23,333 nucleotides of DNA. It comes from Bdellovibrionota bacterium. Lineage in GTDB: Bacteria > Bdellovibrionota_C > UBA2361 > JBIKWN01. The first letter of the stretch is position 1, and each line of letters begins with the position of its first letter. Of the stretch, positions 17,210 through 23,333 are shown piece after piece. The notes under the pieces were generated by a model, which was given only the letters and a program-made list of their open reading frames with translations, had not been told where the DNA came from and searched no databases. Both the position numbers and the translations under genes were made by a program. Location of the stretch: NCBI GenBank assembly GCA_044356295.1, contig JBIKWN010000036.1, positions 1 through 23,333 on the forward strand, written 5' to 3'.

Positions 17210-18070
17210 ATGCCCATAACCATCAACTCAAACATTGCGTCGTTACAAGCTCAACGAAGACTTGGTATTGCTAACGAAGCATTAAATGACACATACCAGA
17301 AGTTAAGTTCTGGTCAACGTATTAACAAAGCTAGTGATGATGCTGCAGGACTCGCGATTGCGGACGCATTAAAAGCTAACCAACGAGTTGCAAGTGTTGC
17401 AATCAGAAATGCGAACGACGGTATCTCTACTGTTGCTATCGCTGATGGCGCACTTAACGAAATTGGTAACGTACTTTCACGTCTCGCAGAGCTCTCTGAG
17501 CAGTCAGCGAACGGCACGTTTTCTACAACTCAGCGTTCAGCGCTACAGAACGAATTCTCAGCACTTGCTTCTGAGATTGAGCGTATTGCAACTGTTACTT
17601 CATTCAACGGTGTTAAGCTGTTGTCAGGTGGTGCATCAGTTGTTCTTCAGGTTGGATTCGACTCACAATCGACTTCACAAATCAGCATTACGAACGTGTC
17701 AGGTACATTGTCATCATTAGGACTTGCTCCAGGCGGCTCTTCTGCATTGACATATTCAATCAGCGGAACATCCATCTCTGACGGTCAATCGGCTTCAAGA
17801 CTTGCTCTTGATGCGGTGAACAATGCTATCTCATCTCTTGCAAGTACAAGAGGTAACTTAGGAGCTGCTGAATCGAGACTTCGTGTATCGATCAACAACC
17901 TTCAAGTAGCACGTGAGAACTTTGCTTCTGCTGAAAGCCGAATCCGTGACGTTGACGTTGCGAGTGAAGCTGCTGAACTTACCAGAATTGGTATTTTACA
18001 ACAGGCAGGTGCTTCGATTCTTGCGCAAGCAAACCAACAGCCTCAGTTGGCTCTTACTCTTCTACGATAA
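17210..18070 (+). CDS. fliC: Flagellin (short, D0/D1 only)
   Basis: INSNIASL, LSSGQRINKASDDAAGLAI, RNANDGIS, LQVG, RGNLGA, AESRIRDVD, ILAQANQQP. Confidence 0.98.
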   Translation: MPITINSNIASLQAQRRLGIANEALNDTYQKLSSGQRINKASDDAAGLAIADALKANQRVASVAIRNANDGISTVAIADGALNEIGNVLSRLAELSEQSANGTFSTTQRSALQNEFSALASEIERIATVTSFNGVKLLSGGASVVLQVGFDSQSTSQISITNVSGTLSSLGLAPGGSSALTYSISGTSISDGQSASRLALDAVNNAISSLASTRGNLGAAESRLRVSINNLQVARENFASAESRIRDVDVASEAAELTRIGILQQAGASILAQANQQPQLALTLLR

Positions 18071-18096
18071 TCGTAAGATCGGTAGGAACGTATTGG

Positions 18097-18137
18097 ACGG
18101 TGTCAGCCTTTGGGCTGGCACCGTTTTTTGTTTTTTT
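18097..18137. terminator. Intrinsic terminator after flagellin
   Basis: Stem acggtgtcagcc / tttg loop / ggctggcaccgt, followed by tttttgttttttt; the convergent gene ends at 18136. Confidence 0.85.
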
Positions 18138-18777
18138 ATCCAGTACTACAAAGTTTTTCTTTTAAAGAAAGCTTTCTTTCAAGATTAGCAACATGGTTCA
18201 TTACATTTTTAAGTTGTCGTACATGTTTGGTATCGATAAGCTTTTCTTCTTCTGCTGTTGAACAAAGCAGATTAACAAACGCATTAGTTAAAAAGAGATG
18301 GTCTTGGGTCTGATGAATCTGACGAAGAGTTTGCACAGGATCTTTTATAAAAAGCTCGTCATCTTTTGACAAAGCCACAAGATTACTCAGTGCCTCACGA
18401 AAAAAACGCTCTGGATCTAGTTTTGCTTTTTGGAATAAGTCTAGTAGGTCATGAATATCATGTGGAGTAGCTCGAGAGCGAAGATGAACTTCTATAATCT
18501 CAAGTCCTTCTATGAAGGACTTTTTATTTTTAACATTATCCCAAATCCATACAATGACTGGAACCATTCCCTCAACTTCAGTTGCAATATTGAGAACTTC
18601 TCTGGCTAGCATCAGAAAACTTCTTTCAATTGAGCGAAGTTGGTGAGCTTGAACTGATTGAAGGTCGGCTTGACGAAATATTTCTATACTAAAAAGCTGG
18701 CGCCGCCTGGCTGCTTCAAGATCGCTACTTCGATCTTTTCGTTTATCTAAATGTTGGTCTAATCGATTTTCAAACAT
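18136..18777 (-). CDS. Hypothetical helical protein (213 aa) directly downstream of comEC
   Basis: Long ORF. ATG 18777 lies 10 bp after the comEC stop with AGGA upstream; the 18852 start in the ORF track overlaps comEC. No motif recognised. Confidence 0.65.
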   Translation of the reverse strand: MFENRLDQHLDKRKDRSSDLEAARRRQLFSIEIFRQADLQSVQAHQLRSIERSFLMLAREVLNIATEVEGMVPVIVWIWDNVKNKKSFIEGLEIIEVHLRSRATPHDIHDLLDLFQKAKLDPERFFREALSNLVALSKDDELFIKDPVQTLRQIHQTQDHLFLTNAFVNLLCSTAEEEKLIDTKHVRQLKNVMNHVANLERKLSLKEKLCSTG

Positions 18778-18787
18778 GGAATAAGTC

Positions 18788-20185
18788 CTACCACTGATAA
18801 TACCCCCAAGAGAACTGAGAAGCCCAGTGAACAAATTGCTCAAGATAATCAAGTAGAATAAGCGTTAGCATAGATAATTCATGCATCACAGGTATTTTAA
18901 ATACAATGCCAAAAAGAGCAGGAATGCCTCCATACACAGATAGAAGCGCGACGGTGGGGGCTAATAATGGATTGAGCAAAAATCCCATCACTGAAACAGA
19001 ATGGAACCAAAGCATTGTGACAAAATTGGTTAATATCCCAATAGCAAAACACATCACTCCATAGCCAATAATTTTATTTCGAAATTGCATGCCGATCCAA
19101 ATTCCAAATAAAGCGGCATATGTAAGCTGAACTCCTACTTCAAGAAGACACATTGGCCAAAAGAGGTTTAATAGAACAATTGAAAGAAACATTCGGTATA
19201 GCATTCCTCGGTTTGATTCGAATCGCTCACCTAAAGAAGAAAGCCAACATGCAATCAATGCTCTTACGGATGAAAGTTGTAGACCTATACTATATACAAG
19301 AAGCACCGTCGAAATCAGTGTTAGGATCTGAAGAGAAAGAAATATGTTCCTGTGTGGAGCATATCGAGCAAAAAATGCACCACAACTTCGAAATAGAAAT
19401 CCAAACATAAAATAGATAATCGTCGTCTGAGCACCAGAGAAAACTAATAGATGCGTTAATCCAGTTTTTTTGAATTCATTTTCAAGCTGCGGAGATAATT
19501 CACTGTCGATTCCAAGAATCAGTGAAAGTAGCAATCCATACTGAAGCCTATATGGATCGTGTTCGGGCATACTCCTTCGTATAGTTTCTATCCATGTTGC
19601 AGGTCGCTCTTTATCCCAAAGGGCAGCAACTTCTTTGATTCTACAAAATCCGGAATAACCTCTTCTAAAAAGAAGACCAAAATAAGAGAACGGTGAAAAA
19701 TGTTCGGGAAGAGCTTCGTAAACAAAAAGTGCTTGAAGCATATCCCCTTTTCGTACCCCACTAATATTAAGCCACGGCAACTCGGTTGCTCTGCAACGAA
19801 CGGCTATATCCCCTAGCTCACTATTGATGACAGTTGCCCCAAAAGAAACTTGCTGAACTCGTTTTCTCTCTGGGGTTGAAATAACTTTCAAAAGCGCACG
19901 ATACTCTTTTTTTGGATGACTTCTTTCAACTATTGATACTGTTTGAAAAAGACTCAAAACGCCTACTGCAAACGCGATTAAACTCAAACAAATTGCTCTT
20001 GAGTTAGGGAACGCACATACAGCGGAAAGCAGACCAAAAGATATAAGAATCCAAATAGATCCCGTACAAAGTGAAAAATATGCTCCACTTTGCCCCCATA
20101 AAATTCCCATTCCAACAAAAAGTAAAGGATAGCGTTTTCGAAGTGATACTTTTACTCTTTGTATCGGCAATGTTTTCATTGCCAT
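18788..20185 (-). CDS. comEC: ComEC/Rec2 competence (DNA uptake) membrane protein without the C-terminal beta-lactamase domain
   Basis: N-terminal TMs; OB-like DUF4131 region with PFSYFGLLFRRG; Competence-domain motifs SLILG...FKKTGLTHLLVFSG, SSVRA, GVQLTYAA and GFLLNPL. Confidence 0.85.
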   Translation of the reverse strand: MAMKTLPIQRVKVSLRKRYPLLFVGMGILWGQSGAYFSLCTGSIWILISFGLLSAVCAFPNSRAICLSLIAFAVGVLSLFQTVSIVERSHPKKEYRALLKVISTPERKRVQQVSFGATVINSELGDIAVRCRATELPWLNISGVRKGDMLQALFVYEALPEHFSPFSYFGLLFRRGYSGFCRIKEVAALWDKERPATWIETIRRSMPEHDPYRLQYGLLLSLILGIDSELSPQLENEFKKTGLTHLLVFSGAQTTIIYFMFGFLFRSCGAFFARYAPHRNIFLSLQILTLISTVLLVYSIGLQLSSVRALIACWLSSLGERFESNRGMLYRMFLSIVLLNLFWPMCLLEVGVQLTYAALFGIWIGMQFRNKIIGYGVMCFAIGILTNFVTMLWFHSVSVMGFLLNPLLAPTVALLSVYGGIPALFGIVFKIPVMHELSMLTLILLDYLEQFVHWASQFSWGYYQW

Positions 20186-20206
20186 CTATCGATAGTGGTC
20201 GAAACA

Positions 20207-20848
20207 ATGCAGAAGAAAGTTGTTAAAAAAGTTTTATTTTTATCTCTTTTTGGAGTCGTATTTCTCAGTAGTGGATGTCTTAGCTCTTTGCCTAAAAATC
20301 AAAGTGATATTGTAAATCTTCAGAAAGAAATTCAAGAGCACGGAGTCATTCAACAGTCAGACTTACATTCATATCTAAAATCGCGGCTACTACTGATCGA
20401 ACCAAATCAATCTAGTAAAGTAATTGTCCTTAATGATGCTCATCCAAGAGCTTTCTCGACTCCTCGTGAAATAGTTATTACTTCAGGGCTTATTGGTATG
20501 GCAACTCACCCCTCACAACTTGATTTTATAATGGCTCACGAGCTTGGTCACATTGTACATAAACATAATCAATCAACGCTTTCTCGATTTAAGCTTGAGA
20601 AAGATGCCGACGAATTCGCTGCAAAACAATTAGCCCAAAGAAGAATGCTTTGTAAGGAGGTTCTATCTTTATTTAGTTCAAATAATCAGTACTCCCTTAA
20701 TGCTTCTTTAACTCACAATGGCACTTATCCATCCGCAGAAGACAGAATATCTGTAATCTCGACCTATATTTCACCCTGTGTTACTTCTTATACTGACGAA
20801 AAACTATTTCAAAAAATAAGAAAAATTTTGATAGACTCCCTCTTGTGA
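20207..20848 (+). CDS. M48 family zinc metalloprotease lipoprotein (LoiP/BepA-like, minimal)
   Basis: Basic N-terminus, hydrophobic stretch and lipobox LSSGC; PRAFS...IVITSGL; HELGH; downstream EKDAD; TYPSAEDRI. Start set to ATG 20207. Confidence 0.8.
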   Translation: MQKKVVKKVLFLSLFGVVFLSSGCLSSLPKNQSDIVNLQKEIQEHGVIQQSDLHSYLKSRLLLIEPNQSSKVIVLNDAHPRAFSTPREIVITSGLIGMATHPSQLDFIMAHELGHIVHKHNQSTLSRFKLEKDADEFAAKQLAQRRMLCKEVLSLFSSNNQYSLNASLTHNGTYPSAEDRISVISTYISPCVTSYTDEKLFQKIRKILIDSLL

Positions 20849-22827
20849 ATACATCTATGAATTTAAATAACATCCTTGATCTTTCTTACCAAAAATCTAT
20901 CACTGACACAGAAGCATTTTGGTCGACTGTCGCTTCTAACACACTGGATTGGTTCTCTCCTTGGCATACGGTACTTCGGCATAACTACAAGGAAGGTCTG
21001 ATTAAATGGTTTGAAGGTGCAACACTTAATGTGTCTCATAACTGCATTGATCGACACTTAATAAAACAGCCAGATAAAACAGCACTCATTTGGGAAGGCG
21101 ACAATCCCCATGAATCCCGGCGCATTTCCTACAAAGAACTTCATCGTGAAGTATCGGCATTGGCGTTAGCTTTAAAAAGTATCGGCGTTGAAAAAGGTGA
21201 CCGTATTGTCATTTATATGCCAATGATTCCAGAAGCTGCATTTGCAATGCTTGCATGCGCGCGGATTGGAGCCATTCACTCAATTGTATTTGCTGGATTC
21301 TCTGCTGAGTCACTTCGCTCACGCATTGAAGACTGCTCGGCTAAAATGGTTATCACTGCAAATCTTGCGAAAAGAGGTGGCAAAATTATTCCACTGAAAC
21401 AAATTGTCGACAAAGCACTCGAAACGAAATCAACAATTGAGCACGTACTAATTTTTAATCGTGAAACAAATACTCAGTATCCACTTTGCACCGTCGAAGA
21501 AAGAGACCTCGAGGCTTCATCATTGATAGCAAAATTTTACGACAAACGCTCAGAGCCTGAAAAACTAGATGCCGAGCATCCTCTTTTTATTCTTTATACT
21601 TCTGGCTCTACTGGAAAACCAAAAGGAGTTGTTCATACCACTGGTGGATACCTGACCTACGCAGCAATTACACACCGAGAAGTATTTGATCTAAAAGATA
21701 ATGATATTTTCTTTTGCACAGCAGATATTGGTTGGATAACTGGACATAGCTATGTTGTGTACGGTCCACTTGCAAACGGTGCAACAACGGTGATGTTTGA
21801 ATCCACTCCACTGTATCCGAACCCAAATCGATATTGGGAGACGATAGAAAAATATAATGTTTCTATTTTCTACACAGCACCTACTGCAATCCGAACTTTA
21901 ATTAAAGAAGCTCCTGAATCTGCTAAAAATTTTCAAATGAGATCGCTTCGCGTTCTTGGTTCAGTTGGAGAGCCTATCAATCCGGATGCTTGGCAGTGGT
22001 ATCATTCCGAAGTTGGCAAAGGTCGATGTCCTATCGTTGATACGTGGTGGCAAACTGAAACGGGAGGGATATTAATTTCTTCTAGAGCAAGTGAATATAA
22101 AAATAAAGATGGTTCTCTTGTCGAGCAAAAACCAGGTGCTGCTGCTACTCCATTTTTTGGAATTAAACCTTGCTTGCTTGATGAACAAGGTAAAGAGATC
22201 TTTGAAACAGAAGCTTCTGGTAACCTTTGCATCTCTTTCCCATGGCCAGGACAGGCAAGAACAGTTTACAACGATCATCAAAGATTTATTGAAACATATT
22301 TCAAAATGTATCCTGGTTATTATTTTACAGGAGACGGCTCTCACCGAGATAAAGATTCAGAGTATTGGATTACCGGTCGTGTTGACGATGTACTGAATGT
22401 CTCAGGTCACCGCGTTGGAACTGCTGAAGTTGAAGGAGCAATTGTTCATTCAGGCGTTGTCACTGAAGCAGCTGTTGTTGGCAAACCTCATGATACGAAA
22501 GGAACTTCTATTTTCGCGTTTTGTATACTCGATGAGTTTCACTTAGGACTTCATACAAGTGATGAACAAAATCATTCAACAATCACAAAGGACTTAATCG
22601 ATAAAGTGAAACAAAGTGTGCGGTCTCAAATTGGTGGATTCGCTGTTCCTGACGGAATTCTTTTTGTTCCTGGTTTACCGCGAACTAGGTCAGGAAAAAT
22701 AATGAGAAGGATTCTTAGAAAGATAGTCGAAAATGATATCGGTGCTATTGGGGATACTTCTACTATTACAGATCCGTCGATTGTGTCAGTGATTTTGGGG
22801 CTTTATGAAAAAGAGTTTACGAATTAA
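20845..22827 (+). CDS. acs: Acetyl-CoA synthetase (AMP-forming)
   Basis: LNVSHNCIDRH, ILYTSGSTGKPKG, DIGWITGHSY, VGEPINP, DTWWQTETGG, YFTGDG, GRVDDVLNVSGHR, PRTRSGKIMRR. Start is GTG 20845 or ATG 20857. Confidence 0.97.
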   Translation: MNTSMNLNNILDLSYQKSITDTEAFWSTVASNTLDWFSPWHTVLRHNYKEGLIKWFEGATLNVSHNCIDRHLIKQPDKTALIWEGDNPHESRRISYKELHREVSALALALKSIGVEKGDRIVIYMPMIPEAAFAMLACARIGAIHSIVFAGFSAESLRSRIEDCSAKMVITANLAKRGGKIIPLKQIVDKALETKSTIEHVLIFNRETNTQYPLCTVEERDLEASSLIAKFYDKRSEPEKLDAEHPLFILYTSGSTGKPKGVVHTTGGYLTYAAITHREVFDLKDNDIFFCTADIGWITGHSYVVYGPLANGATTVMFESTPLYPNPNRYWETIEKYNVSIFYTAPTAIRTLIKEAPESAKNFQMRSLRVLGSVGEPINPDAWQWYHSEVGKGRCPIVDTWWQTETGGILISSRASEYKNKDGSLVEQKPGAAATPFFGIKPCLLDEQGKEIFETEASGNLCISFPWPGQARTVYNDHQRFIETYFKMYPGYYFTGDGSHRDKDSEYWITGRVDDVLNVSGHRVGTAEVEGAIVHSGVVTEAAVVGKPHDTKGTSIFAFCILDEFHLGLHTSDEQNHSTITKDLIDKVKQSVRSQIGGFAVPDGILFVPGLPRTRSGKIMRRILRKIVENDIGAIGDTSTITDPSIVSVILGLYEKEFTN

Positions 22828-22884
22828 TTTCTAAAGGCACTCTATAGAAATTCACCGCATACCCTTGGTATAGACTTTGTCGTA

Positions 22885-23229
22885 TTGGGGTATATGATTT
22901 TAAAAAGAGTTCAAAGCACAATTATATTCAAGGATTTCATAGAGTTATCTATGCTTCCAAACTTTGCTCAAGTGTCCCCCCTCGAGGTCTTATCCCTCGT
23001 AAGGGCGTTTAACGATGCGGCTATCCAAGAGATTAAAAACCGTCCAAATTTCGGACAAAAGCGATTTGAGGGTGCGGTATTGGGGGTATGGGAACTTGCT
23101 CGAGAAGCGAGCAAAACTACCGATCTTTCCCAGTCCAGAAATTGGAGAGCTGTAATGGCGACTTGCAACGCCACGTATGAAGCTATAAATAATACGAGAC
23201 AAATAATTCTTAGACGTGCTGCAGCGTAA
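22885..23229 (+). CDS. Small hypothetical helical protein
   Basis: 114-aa ORF in otherwise unoccupied space with plausible composition; start codon uncertain; no family recognised. Confidence 0.5.
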   Translation: MGYMILKRVQSTIIFKDFIELSMLPNFAQVSPLEVLSLVRAFNDAAIQEIKNRPNFGQKRFEGAVLGVWELAREASKTTDLSQSRNWRAVMATCNATYEAINNTRQIILRRAAA

Positions 23230-23267
23230 TACTGCTTAACCTATAAAAACTTTTGAATAATTGCTTG

Positions 23268-23333
23268 CTATACCTCGTCTGCTGACGAAACAAACAAATG
23301 TTTGTTGTTTATTTTAACTCTTTTTAACCCGCT
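23268..23333 (-). CDS. Possible 3' end of a gene entering from the right edge
   Basis: Minus-strand open frame SGLKRVKINNKHLFVSSADEV ending in TAG at 23268; too short to verify. Confidence 0.25.
   Translation of the reverse strand, partial: SGLKRVKINNKHLFVSSADEV

Noticed and set aside
20845..22827. acs as a pimeloyl-CoA ligase (BioW substitute)
   Set aside because: The motifs are those of a canonical acetyl-CoA synthetase (DTWWQTETGG), and it is in a separate transcription unit about 5 kb from the bio operon.

Overview
Chromosomal window from an AT-rich, flagellated Gram-negative bacterium. The gene styles suggest a deltaproteobacterial/Bdellovibrionota-like organism, but this is inference only. 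Gene order: degP/htrA protease; an 88-bp palindrome built from GTGAGC hexamers; a lone VirB2/TrbC-like pilin; a membrane-anchored kinase-fold protein with degenerate catalytic motifs; ispG; a PyrE-like PRTase; lpxD; fliD behind a sigma54-type promoter; an M20 peptidase; a bioB-bioF-bioD-bioA operon ending in a FabF/FabB-type ketosynthase; a GT2 glycosyltransferase; a minimal flagellin with a CsrA-type leader; a hypothetical gene; comEC; an M48 lipoprotein; acs; and a small hypothetical gene. I found no rRNA, tRNA, CRISPR array or transposase. The best candidate for an under-described system is the biotin operon: a Cys-His-His ketosynthase is the only operon gene that could supply the pimelate precursor, and no bioC/bioH/bioW/bioZ is in the window. 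Other notable items are the orphan pilin, the pseudokinase, the hexamer palindrome and signs of leaderless transcription.
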